A DNA stretch of 34,468 bases, taken from positions 40,686,007 through 40,720,474 of the forward strand of contig NC_068983.1 in assembly GCF_001194135.2 (NCBI RefSeq), in the 5' to 3' direction. Below, in pieces: positions 1-11,074 of the stretch (positions are counted from its first letter, which is position 1; every line of letters begins with the position of its first letter). Source of the DNA: Octopus bimaculoides. Its lineage: Eukaryota. The position numbers and the translations under genes are program-made. The notes under the pieces are model-generated. The model made no database searches. It was not told where the DNA came from and worked only from the letters and a program-made list of their open reading frames with translations.

Positions 1-127
1 ACATAAGAGCACCACAGCAAACCACAGCACATACCTAAGGCGCACAGAGCTGCTCTCGGTAGTGAAGTGAAAGCACGTTATAAAAATAAAACTACTGAAC
101 AATAATAATAATAATAATAATAATAAT
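1..127 (+). mobile_element. 3' end of a retroelement family with (AAT)n tail
   Basis: 1-100 closely matches 33335-33430 (..cacagagctgc(t/g)ctcggtagtg..gtgaaagcac..aaaaataa(a/g)actactgaa); both run straight into (AAT)n. Confidence 0.7.
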
Positions 128-362
128 GGACGAAAAGAGGCAGGCAAAAATCGTCTGCGACTTTGACTTTCAGAAAGACAAGATGTTAGAGCACCGAATG
201 CCGGATATTATAACCTTTAGAAGACACAAACAAGAGTGCCTAATTAAAGGACGTGACACTGCCAGGAGATCAACATATCACGAAAGAAAGAGAAAAGCTT
301 TGACAGCTACGAAACTCAAACACAAAGGTTGTCCCTATTTTCATAGGAGCACTGGGTTTATA
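124..362 (+). mobile_element. RLE non-LTR retrotransposon (R4/Dong-like) C-terminal endonuclease fragment, frameshifted
   Basis: Translates AKIVCDFDFQKDKMLEHRMPDIITF..KQECLI, then by frameshift DVTLPGDQHITKEREK and TKVVPIFIGALG, i.e. the PD..D and IGALG motifs of RLE domains. Same family as 32600-33065. Confidence 0.85.
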
Positions 363-900
363 CTTAGAGAGGTACCATCCACTCTTGCCATTTTCGCAAC
401 TTTCACCTACCCTTCAATAAACTCACTCGAAGACAGCACTTCCCTCTCCACTCTCAATTTCCTTTTCAAGTGAAAATTGAAGAAGTCAATGAGAGCTCTA
501 CCAAAGAGGAATGTGTCTGTCTTCATGCTTTTCAGCCTTATCCTACAAACAACCTCTTTCCCCACAACCACGAAGCAAAGGAAAATTGCATTGCACGCCC
601 GATTGAGGAAGGGCAGCTGTTTGACATAACTCCACAAGTCAGCAATGCCCGGACACTGAAGTGGAGTGTGCAGAACAGTTTCATCACATTGCGCGCACCT
701 CAGACAAGCCCGTTTGACAGCACATCCGTGCCTGTAGAGTTAATCTCGAACAGGTAGCGCTCCCTGGTAGCACTGCCAGGCCAAAGACATTTGGAAATAA
801 TCCATGATAGTTCCCGACCGGAAACTTCTCCGGAACAGTCTAGCCACTTTGTCCTCGTCGGCGCCCAGAATCTCCCCAAGAACGTCTGGCTGTCACGGCT
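362..900 (-). mobile_element. Tx1/L1-clade LINE ORF2 C-terminal fragment (zf-RVT region), decayed
   Basis: Minus strand reads MDYFQMSLAWQCYQGALPVRD*LYRHGCAVKRACLRCAQCDETVLH (CxxC..H), then WSYVKQL..KEVVCRIRLK..LIDFFNFHLKRKLRVEREVL; contains stops and frameshifts. Confidence 0.8.
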
Positions 901-929
901 TTTGATCTTAACTTTCTGGAAGTGTTATC

Positions 930-1372
930 ATGTGCATTGTTTTGCGTTGATATAAGAGATGGGCTACAACAAAGATTCTGCTCAATACCACAGATTTGCT
1001 TGTCAGTTGTTTAACCTTAAACAGTTGAGCATTTCCCTTAGCAGCTGACGAAATGTGCATCTCTGATCACAAAGAGCAGTGGGAGAGCATCATAGCCATG
1101 TGTTGAGAGGAATTTCATTGATGTTTGGATAATTCACATCTGGAAACAAGGGTGTTTCGTTGAACATCCTTTTGAGGGGGATGGGCTATTCGACTTGAAG
1201 AAAATTCTAACTGGGCCCCACTTGTGAGGTCATGCGCTGTTTATCTTGATATGAGATCACCATGTCGCGCACATATGGTTGTGATGCATGCGCAAGGTGT
1301 ACCCTTATCAGAGAGGTAGTCATAATGGGTTAATTGGGCTTTGTGCATTTTACCCCAGTGTCACTTTGATGA
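930..1372 (+). repeat. Probable interspersed repeat, unclassified
   Basis: Non-coding, higher-complexity block between two identified elements. It resembles a high-copy octopus repeat from memory only; there is no second copy in this window. Confidence 0.35.
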
Positions 1373-1400
1373 CGGAAACTAGAAAAAGCCCGTCATTTAT

Positions 1401-1566
1401 TGTGTGGTATGTAGCTTGCTTACCAACCACATGGTTCCGGTTCAGTCCCACTGCGTGACACCTTGGGCAAGTGTCTTCTACTACAGCCTCGGGCCGACCA
1501 AAGCCTTGTGAGTGGATATGGTAGATGGAAACTGAGAGAAGCCCGTCGTATACACACACACACACA

Positions 1567-1616
<50 letters not shown>

Positions 1617-1830
1617 TATATATGTATATGTGTGTATATGTCTGTGTGTCTGTGTTTTCCCCCTTCACCATCGCTTGACAACCGATGCTGATGTGTTTAC
1701 GTCCACGTGACTTAGCGGTTCGGCAAAATGACCGATAAAATATGTACTAGGCTTACAAAGAATAAGTCCTGGTGTCGAATTTCTCAACTTAAGACAGTGC
1801 TCCAGCATGGCCGCAGTGAAATGACTGAAA
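1401..1830 (+). mobile_element. tRNA-derived SINE family A (CORE-like) + (CA)n/(TA)n linker + 3' tail module
   Basis: A-box-like TGTGTGGTATG, B-box GGTTCAGTCCC, CORE-like CACCTTGGGCAAGTGTCTT, ending GAAGCCCGTCGTATA. The tail 1668-1830 recurs at 27905-28090 and, inverted, at 28200-28360. Confidence 0.85.
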
Positions 1831-1868
1831 CAAGTAAAAGAATAAAAGAATATAAATATGCCTGTATA

Positions 1869-1904
<36 letters not shown>

Positions 1905-3220
1905 CATATATATATGTATATTTTATGAATACATACACACAGACACCCACATATATATACATGTGTGTGTGCGTGCGTGTGTGTGTGTGTGAGAGAGTGT
2001 GAGTGTTTTATCAGCTGCATATCCTTCGATATTTATATAGAGTCACTTTATATCACTGATTAATAATTAATAGCAAAATAATTAAATACATCCCCTCAGT
2101 CCATACATATCCATATAAGTATATGTGTGTGTGTGTGTTTATAAGTAAATGTATCCTGTTTATGAATGCATACATATATTTGCATAAATATCTGTATGTA
2201 CGTTTATTTATACATTATATATATATGTATATATATATATATATATNNNNNNNNNNNNNNNNNNNNNNNNNNNNNNNNNNNNNNNNNNNNNNNNNNNNNN
2301 NNNNNNNNNNNNNNNNNNNNNNNNNNNNNNNNNNNNNNNNNNNNNNNNNNNNNNNNNNNNNNNNNNNNNNNNNNNNNNNNNNNNNNNNNNNNNNNNNNNN
2401 NNNNNNNNNNNNNNNNNNNNNNNNNNNNNNNNNNNNNNNNNNNNNNNNNNNNNNNNNNNNNNNNNNNNNNNNNNNNNNNNNNNNNNNNNNNNNNNNNNNN
2501 NNNNNNNNNNNNNNNNNNNNNNNNNNNNNNNNNNNNNNNNNNNNNNNNNNNNNNNNNNNNNNNNNNNNNNNNNNNNNNNNNNNNNNNNNNNNNNNNNNNN
2601 NNNNNNNNNNNNNNNNNNNNNNNNNNNNNNNNNNNNNNNNNNNNTATATATATATATATATATGCCTACACTGAATCTCTGGTGCACCGAAGAAATAAAA
2701 AAAATATAGGTAATCATATCAATTACCAATATGGCGGTTGACGTTCTTCTCTCTGATGATCAGTTCCTCTAACATAAAAGTGCATGCGCTTTTATTTTCT
2801 ACTTTATATTTGGTTCCTATTTTTGTTTGTTTGTTTTTCTTTTCTTTTTTAGTGTTCTTTTACTTCAGTATTAATTTCGTTGTCCTTTTAGCTTCAACCT
2901 GCCTCATCTGCTTAATGACGTTGATTAATGCAACAGAAAATGCGAATAATATTATTTAATATCATAACACTATTAAGAATTTTACAGCCAACATCTATCA
3001 CTCTGCCATTTTGCCGCTTTTGCTTTGTTAAAAACTAAATCATGTTTTCGATTCTTGATATGAAAAATACTTTTGTTGTACTTTTCGGTGCTCATCCCCT
3101 ACCGCCACCGCTGTTATTTTCTGTTTCTGCACACTTTGTCTTTCGAAATATGTATGTATTAATCTACACGTATACGTGCGCGCGCGCACACACATACACA
3201 TAAATAGATAGGTAGGTATT

Positions 3221-3356
3221 ATTATTCTTATACAAAAATGTTGTTGACAGTGACTTCGAAGTTTCGTCCAGCTAAGCTATCTTTGGCAGTCTCATGATGG
3301 CTTAGCTAGCCGAAATTTTGACGTCACTATTAACAACATTCTTGTATAATAATAAT
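3221..3356. repeat. Inverted repeat, 61-bp arms, 14-nt loop
   Basis: 3221-3281 versus the reverse complement of 3296-3356: 51/61 identities by manual alignment, no gaps. Confidence 0.9.
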
Positions 3357-3408
3357 GAATCTGTACTCTACAAATGTATAGGGTAACCCTGAACATAAAA
3401 ATAACATT

Positions 3409-3473
<65 letters not shown>
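3409..3473. repeat. (GATA)n microsatellite
   Basis: Direct observation. Confidence 0.98.
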
Positions 3474-3474
<1 letters not shown>

Positions 3475-4640
3475 TGCCAGACAATTGAGGACACGCTATA
3501 TAGGCTCGTCCGATCATTGTACTATTCGACCATGAAACTTAAAGTGGCTCACACATCTTGTGTTTCTTCAATGATGTGTATTAAAAATAACATTAGGAAA
3601 GAAGTAAGAATATTTATTCGAACTTCACGTTTTTAAATTATTTAATTGTTGAAAATNNNNNNNNNNNNNNNNNNNNNNNNNNNNNNNNNNNNNNNNNNNN
3701 NNNNNNNNNNNNNNNNNNNNNNNNNNNNNNNNNNNNNNNNNNNNNNNNNNNNNNNNNNNNNNNNNNNNNNNNNNNNNNNNNNNNNNNNNNNNNNNNNNNN
3801 NNNNNNNNNNNNNNNNNNNNNNNNNNNNNNNNNNNNNNNNNNNNNNNNNNNNNNNNNNNNNNNNNNNNNNNNNNNNNNNNNNNNNNNNNNNNNNNNNNNN
3901 NNNNNNNNNNNNNNNNNNNNNNNNNNNNNNNNNNNNNNNNNNNNNNNNNNNNNNNNNNNNNNNNNNNNNNNNNNNNNNNNNNNNNNNNNNNNNNNNNNNN
4001 NNNNNNNNNNNNNNNNNNNNNNNNNNNNNNNNNNNNNNNNNNNNNNNNNNNNNNNNNNNNNNNNNNNNNNNNNNNNNNNNNNNNNNNNNNNNNNNNNNNN
4101 NNNNNNNNNNNNNNNNNNNNNNNNNNNNNNNNNNNNNNNNNNNNNNNNNNNNNNNNNNNNNNNNNNNNNNNNNNNNNNNNNNNNNNNNNNNNNNNNNNNN
4201 NNNNNNNNNNNNNNNNNNNNNNNNNNNNNNNNNNNNNNNNNNNNNNNNNNNNNNNNNNNNNNNNNNNNNNNNNNNNNNNNNNNNNNNNNNNNNNNNNNNN
4301 NNNNNNNNNNNNNNNNNNNNNNNNNNNNNNNNNNNNNNNNNNNNNNNNNNNNNNNNNNNNNNNNNNNNNNNNNNNNNNNNNNNNNNNNNNNNNNNNNNNN
4401 NNNNNNNNNNNNNNNNNNNNNNNNNNNNNNNNNNNNNNNNNNNNNNNNNNNNNNNNNNNNNNNNNNNNNNNNNNNNNNNNNNNNNNNNNNNNNNNNNNNN
4501 NNNNNNNNNNNNNNNNNNNNNNNNNNNNNNNNNNNNNNNNNNNNNNNNNNNNNNNNNNNNNNNNNNNNNNNNNNNNNNNNNNNNNNNNNNNNNNNNNNNN
4601 NNNNNNNNNNNNNNNNNNNNNNNNNNNNNNNNNNNNNNNN

Positions 4641-4706
<66 letters not shown>

Positions 4707-6405
4707 ATAGACAGATGATAAGGAAATGTAAAAGAATATAAATGATGGATTGAATGAAGACTGTAACATCTGGAGAGAATCCAGTGGAAGAATAGATAAA
4801 ATAAAAGCGAAGAATAGAGAACGAAGAAGATTTAATATAACACACAAAATAAATAATAAACAAAACAAGCAAATAACGATTGAATAATGGAAATGGAAGG
4901 GAAAAAACGGAAGGGAAACGAACGAAGAGAGAGGAGAGGGGAGAGAGGAAGGGGAGAAGGAGAGAGAAATTGTATTTAAAGTGTGAAAATAGAATAAAGA
5001 AAAAGAAGAGGTAATAATAATAAAGAGACAAACAGACAATTCTTTCTGCATGGTGTTGACCATTGACTGGTAAGAGTGAATGAGTGAATGAGNNNNNNNN
5101 NNGTGTGTGTGTGTGTGTGCTTCAACTTTCTTACAAACCTCCTAACTACCTTTGTTTTCACGTTAATGTCCATATCTGAAATTTCATTTCAATTTTCTGT
5201 TTCTCCGATGTAGTTCTCAGTAGTTTAGTCTATCTTTGTATAAATAATATGGGTCCCAACTTTTAGCTCAGGAGCCAGCAGTTTTAAATATGGGAAGTCA
5301 GGTGATTACATTCATCAGAGTATTTGACTGCTACTTTATTTTATCAATCCCGAAAGTATGACAATCCATGAAAGATTTAGGGCCCATATGGTTCTCCGAA
5401 AGCCATGTAAGATTTTGTTGTTTAAATTTTTCTACAATAAATTGGTTCTATTTCTGCGATACCCATGATATTTCAACAATCTCCTAATATAATAATAAGC
5501 GTAGTGCTTATATATATTTATATACATACATATATATATATATATATATANNNNNNNNNNNNNNNNNNNNNNNNNNNNNNNNNNNNNNNNNNNNNNNNNN
5601 NNNNNNNNNNNNNNNNNNNNNNNNNNNNNNNNNNNNNNNNNNNNNNNNNNNNNNNNNNNNNNNNNNNNNNNNNNNNNNNNNNNNNNNNNNNNNNNNNNNN
5701 NNNNNNNNNNNNNNNNNNNNNNNNNNNNNNNNNNNNNNNNNNNNNNNNNNNNNNNNNNNNNNNNNNNNNNNNNNNNNNNNNNNNNNNNNNNNNNNNNNNN
5801 NNNNNNNNNNNNNNNNNNNNNNNNNNNNNNNNNNNNNNNNNNNNNNNNNNNNNNNNNNNNNNNNNNNNNNNNNNNNNNNNNNNNNNNNNNNNNNNNNNNN
5901 NNNNNNNNNNNNNNNNNNNNNNNNNNNNNNNNNNNNNNNNNNNNNNNNNNNNNNNNNNNNNNNNNNNNNNNNNNNNNNNNNNNNNNNNNNNNNNNNNNNN
6001 NNNNNNNNNNNNNNNNNNNNNNNNNNNNNNNNNNNNNNNNNNNNNNNNNNNNNNNNNNNNNNNNNNNNNNNNNNNNNNNNNNNNNNNNNNNNNNNNNNNN
6101 NNNNNNNNNNNNNNNNNNNNNNNNNNNNNNNNNNNNNNNNNNNNNNNNNNNNNNNNNNNNNNNNNNNNNNNNNNNNNNNNNNNNNNNNNNNNNNNNNNNN
6201 NNNNNNNNNNNNNNNNNNNNNNNNNNNNNNNNNNNNNNNNNNNNNNNNNNNNNNNNNNNNNNNNTCTCTCTCTCTCTCTTTCTCTATCTCAAGCACAGAC
6301 ACACAAAACTCTACATATGTAAGTCTAGTACTTATTCTTTCGCTTATTTTTGCCACAGACCCATAAACTGGTTATAGTTTCGTTCCCTGCTGTGCCGCCA
6401 TGATA

Positions 6406-7634
6406 CACAGGCGTGCGCAAAATTAGGTATACAGTTGCTTGATATGAGTAAAATGTTTCTTCTATTTTTCTATTTCTTTTTTTTTAAAGATAAGACTTCT
6501 ATGATTATATGTTTTTGAAACTTTCTGTAATTATTCCCAATTTCAGATAATGATTACATGGCTGGAAATTTGATCGACGATAAACAAAAGTGAATCATCA
6601 AACAGTAGTGGAAAACAGAGAATCTTTTCTACTCTAGGCACAAGGCCCGAAATTTAAGATCGATCCCACTACGCAACTGGTATTTAATTTATCGACTCTT
6701 AAAGGATGAAAGGCAAAGTTGGCCTTAGCGGAATTTGAACTCAGAACGTAGCGGCAGACGAAATACCGCAAAGCATTTCGCCCGGTGTACAAACGTTTCT
6801 TATTTCTTTATTGCCCACAAGGTGCTAAACATAGAGTAGACAAATAAGGACAGACAAAGGGATTAAGTCGATTATATCGACCCCAGTGCATAACTGGTGC
6901 TTATTTAATCGACCCCGAATGGATGAAAGGCTAAGTCAATCTCGGCGGAATTTGAACTCAGAATGTAAAGACGGACGAAATACCACTAAGCATTTAGCCC
7001 GGCGTGCTAACGTTTCTTATTTCTTTATTGCCCACAATAGAGGGGACAATATTTCTTTATTGCCCACATAGCGGGAACAAACAAGGACACACAAAGGAAT
7101 TAAGTCGATTACATCGACCCCAGTGCGTAACTGGTACTTAATTCATCGACCACGAAAGGATGAAAGGCAAAATCGACCTCGACGGAATTTGAATTCAGAA
7201 CGTAACGGCAGACGAAATACCGCTAAGCATTTCGCCCGGCGTGCTAACGTTTTTGCTATCTCGCCGCCTTACTGGAAAACAAAGAATGAAGAAATGGTTA
7301 GACGGAAATGGACTGAAGACTTTCAAAGACCAGCACCGTCAAGATTAATAGTTTACAGAATACGTGACAAATTTTAGCAAACTGGGTACATCTGCAATGC
7401 GCAGAAAAGTGGTCGACCGGTCGGTATTAGCGCTGAATAAAATGAAATGCTGGTAGCTCAAGTATCTACTTAAAGTCCTCAGAAATCCTACCAAAGGGCT
7501 TTGAATGAACTAGGAATCTCCCGCAGATCCCTTAGTCGATTTATGAATCGTTGAGGTTTAAAAAAGAAACAGAGAAATGAAAACATTTCCGCTCATACTA
7601 AGCAAATGTGTACCTACTTTTGCACACGTCTGTA
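6406..7634 (+). mobile_element. Internally deleted Tc1/mariner-superfamily DNA transposon (N-terminal HTH only) interrupted by a SINE trimer
   Basis: ~40-bp TIRs (CAGGCGTGCGCAAAATTAGGTATACAGTTGCTTGATATGAG versus rc CAGACGTGTGCAAAAGTAGGTACACATTTGCTTAGTATGAG) with TA flanks. Coding remnant MAGNLIDDKQK*IIKQ*WKTEN|YWKTKNEEMVRRKWTEDFQRPAPSRLIVYRIRDKF*QTG..KSGRP..SPQKS..ELGISRRSLSR; the catalytic domain is absent. Confidence 0.8.
6624..7269 (-). mobile_element. Tandem trimer of tRNA-derived SINE family B
   Basis: Three bodies with B-box GAGTTCAAATTCC and central GCCTTTCATCCTTTCGGGGTCGATAAA-like motif. Flanked by an 18-bp duplication, TAGTGGAAAACAGAGAAT (6606-6623) / TACTGGAAAACAAAGAAT (7270-7287). 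Confidence 0.9.
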
Positions 7635-8430
7635 TATGTGTTTTTGCTATCATATCTGAATAAATACAGCCTGTGAAAAACAGTATATATGCGTTCATTT
7701 CTGAGAAACTCTGAGTAGCGCTTCATGCAGACCAATTTTGGAATAAATATTATTCTACTTAAGTTATCAGAATTCAGTTCATTTTTTTCGCTTTATTACG
7801 ATTTACGCCATAGTCAACATAGATACCTATGTCACCTCTCTCACTCACTCCACACACATCGCTGCAAACACACACACACATAGAAGGAGAGAGAGAGAGG
7901 AGGAGGAGAGAGGAAGAGATGGAGAGAGAGAGAGAAAGAAATACATACTTTTATACACACACAGACACACTCACAAACACACGCACACATACACACTTAC
8001 ATTAACGCAATGCAGCGTGAATGCAATGAAGCATTTCCGCGTGACCAAGTATGCGTGTTACTCACTACGGGATATCTCAAATTTTACCATCGAGGATCTT
8101 GTATAATTTACATATGTGAGTATGTGTGCGTGTGATTATGTGTGTGTGTGCGTACGTTTCGTATGTGTGTGTTTGATATATTTGTGTCGTATAATTTGTG
8201 AATGTTCACGTGGGATTATATTTTTTTGTCTTTTGGTAAACATTATATATTCGATTCATGGTCTTCTCTGTGTCCATATGTGCTTATAAATATATATACA
8301 CATATACGCATATATATATTTAACTCTCTCTCTCTATATATATATGTGTGTGTGTGTGTATGTGTATGTGTGTGTGTGTGTACAGATATATATATATATA
8401 TATTCTTACACTATATACACATATAAATAT

Positions 8431-8436
8431 CTATCC

Positions 8437-8496
<60 letters not shown>
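8431..8496. repeat. (CTAT)n microsatellite
   Basis: Direct observation. Confidence 0.97.
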
Positions 8497-9541
8497 GTCT
8501 ATATATATATATATATNNNNNNNNNNNNNNNNNNNNNNNNNNNNNNNNNNNNNNNNNNNNNNNNNNNNNNNNNNNNNNNNNNNNNNNNNNNNNNNNNNNN
8601 NNNNNNNNNNNNNNNNNNNNNNNNNNNNNNNNNNNNNNNNNNNNNNNNNNNNNNNNNNNNNNNNNNNNNNNNNNNNNNNNNNNNNNNNNNNNNNNNNNNN
8701 NNNNNNNNNNNNNNNNNNNNNNNNNNNNNNNNNNNNNNNNNNNNNNNNNNNNNNNNNNNNNNNNNNNNNNNNNNNNNNNNNNNNNNNNNNNNNNNNNNNN
8801 NNNNNNNNNNNNNNNNNNNNNNNNNNNNNNNNNNNNNNNNNNNNNNNNNNNNNNTATATATATATATATATATATATGTATACTAGCATCCATTACACAC
8901 ACACTTACACACATACGCATACACACATGTACACACACATATATACGCTTGTATGTATGTATGTGTATAGTTGGTAAAATGTGTCCACTCACACTTCCTT
9001 TTGATACATTGTATAGGTTTCTAGTCAAGCGGCAAAAATAATTCCCCCACCCACCCACGACCTCAACCACCAAAGAAAAAAAAGCAAATAACAATAACAA
9101 AATATAATAAAATAAAAACGAAAAGAGAGACCAACTAATACAAACATACATAAAATGTGAAAAAATTATGAAAGAAAAAACGTAGCAGAAACAAAAATGG
9201 GTTTTCCTACTAAACCATTTCAATGAATCTTTAATAGAACAATACAAAAAATCTGATACAGATCTCATGAATGTAGGCCATATTATCGTATTAATGATTC
9301 AGAAAGTTTAATATTAAGAGCAGAAAGACAACACGCGAGGGAAAGAGAACTGATATGAACCACATCCGACATTTAATATCGAGTGTTGTCCTCAAGGGAA
9401 AATACAGCAAGATCATCAGTAATATGAGTATAGTTCGGCACCTATTGCTGTATAAAAGCCGGTCGCTATGGAAAACTTCTGATCTGATCCCTATTGTTGT
9501 AAGATTCATTAGACAGCAGAATAATCGTCGTCTTCTATTTG

Positions 9542-9676
9542 TCTTCTTCTTCTTCTTCTTCTTCTTCTTCTTCTCCTTCTTCTTCTTCTTCTTCTTCTTC
9601 TTCTTCTTCTTCTTCTTCTTCTTCTTCTTCTTCTTCTTCTTCTTCTTCTTCTTCTTCTTCTTCTTCTTCTTCTTCT
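9542..9676. repeat. (CTT)n microsatellite, ~45 units
   Basis: Near-perfect with one CTC interruption; source of the poly-F and poly-R ORFs. Confidence 0.98.
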
Positions 9677-10109
9677 AGTCGTCAATAACAAATATGGCGG
9701 ATATGGTTATGGATTATATTGTCTATGGTCAAATATTCTATATATTTTATTTGCTATCATTTACTTAGTTTGGTGATGTGTTAATGATTCTGCGAGAAAT
9801 TATACAAGTATATGTAAATCCACACGTGTGTGTATATATATATATATATATACATACACACACACACACACACACATGTATGTANNNNNNNNNNNNNNNN
9901 NNNNNNNNNNNNNNNNNNNNNNNNNNNNNNNNNNNNNNNNNNNNNNNNNNNNNNNNNNNNNNNNNNNNNNNNNNNNNNNNNNNNNNNNNNNNNNNNNNNN
10001 NNNNNNNNNNNNNNNNNNNNNNNNNNNNNNNNNNNNNNNNNNNNNNNNNNNNNNNNNNNNNNNNNNNNNNNNNNATATATATATATATATATACTTTATT
10101 TAAAAGCAG

Positions 10110-10355
10110 CAGAAATATAACATTTGGCGATGTCAAAGGTTTGCCATACATGGGAGTAAGACATACAGCGGGACATTTACAAACATTTGGGAATATCCTA
10201 GGAGATAATATGAACGAAGTGCCTGGTGAATATAAGGATATGTCAGTTGGGTATAAAGAAACAGTCCCTGTCAAGGCTGGAAAATTTGTTGCCTTTCAGT
10301 GTGCGGAGTTTCCTTTGCAATTTGCTCTAAAGATGGCCTCTTTCATTGCGGACAA
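10110..10355 (+). CDS. Candidate coding exon of an unidentified host protein
   Basis: Unique non-repetitive sequence, open for 82 codons: RNITFGDVKGLPYMGVRHTAGHLQTFGNILGDNMNEVPGEYKDMSVGYKETVPVKAGKFVAFQCAEFPLQFALKMASFIADK. Acceptors AAG/CAG/CAG at 10104-10112 and donor AA|GTCAGT at 10356 give a phase 2-2 exon of 246 bp. It could instead run to the stop at 10428 as a terminal exon. Confidence 0.6.
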
Positions 10356-10749
10356 GTCAGTCAATTTTATTTCTCACTTTATTATGCAAACACACCGTGA
10401 AAGAATTTTGAAATGGTTCAACGTTTGATGTCAATCAAAGAAACACATACATACTTATACCAGGCACTCACTTGCATAAATAACCGCAGTGTGTGTGTGT
10501 GTATGTGTGTGAGTGTATGTATGTATGTGAGTGTGTGTGCGTGCGTTTGTGTACATCCATCCATCCATACATACATATATGCATACATGCATACATACAT
10601 GCACATACATAATCATACTTATAGACGCACATATAGAACCAGATGTTAAGTGTCTCACTCGTGAGGGACCGATGCTAGATGTGTCGAAACAATTGTAGTG
10701 ATTATTAATAAATTCTCGTATATTCTATCTGCTGTCTTCCATTTATCAC

Positions 10750-10865
10750 GCACACATCGTTGGCTAAATAACTTTGCGGTAATCGTTCCGGCTATGTTCT
10801 GAGTTCAAATTGCGCCGTGGTCAACTTAACAATACATCGTTTCGTGCTCGATAAATAATTACTTG
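10750..10865 (+). mobile_element. Degenerate SINE family B relative
   Basis: TTCTGAGTTCAAATTGCGCCGTGGTCAAC matches the family B B-box region. Confidence 0.6.
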
Positions 10866-11074
10866 TCTTGTAATTAGAGGTATTTTCTTCTCATTCGTTC
10901 TTTCTTTCTACCTGTAATTCATTCTCTTCTCGAAGAATCTGCTTGTCGTAAAAGCTGACAAATAAGATGGCCTAAAAATACCCAAGAAGGGCCTTATACA
11001 ACTACAAATTCTCACGATTTCATCAGAGAGCTGAAGATCCAAAGCTGGTCAATATTAATATAGTTTAAAGCAGT

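Noticed and set aside
6624-7269. Regularly spaced repeats suggestive of a CRISPR-like array
   Set aside because: The units are ~200-bp SINE bodies without unique spacers, in eukaryotic context with no cas genes.
9355-9691. Poly-Phe and poly-Arg ORFs
   Set aside because: Translations of the (CTT)n tract; the non-repeat part has no recognisable motif.
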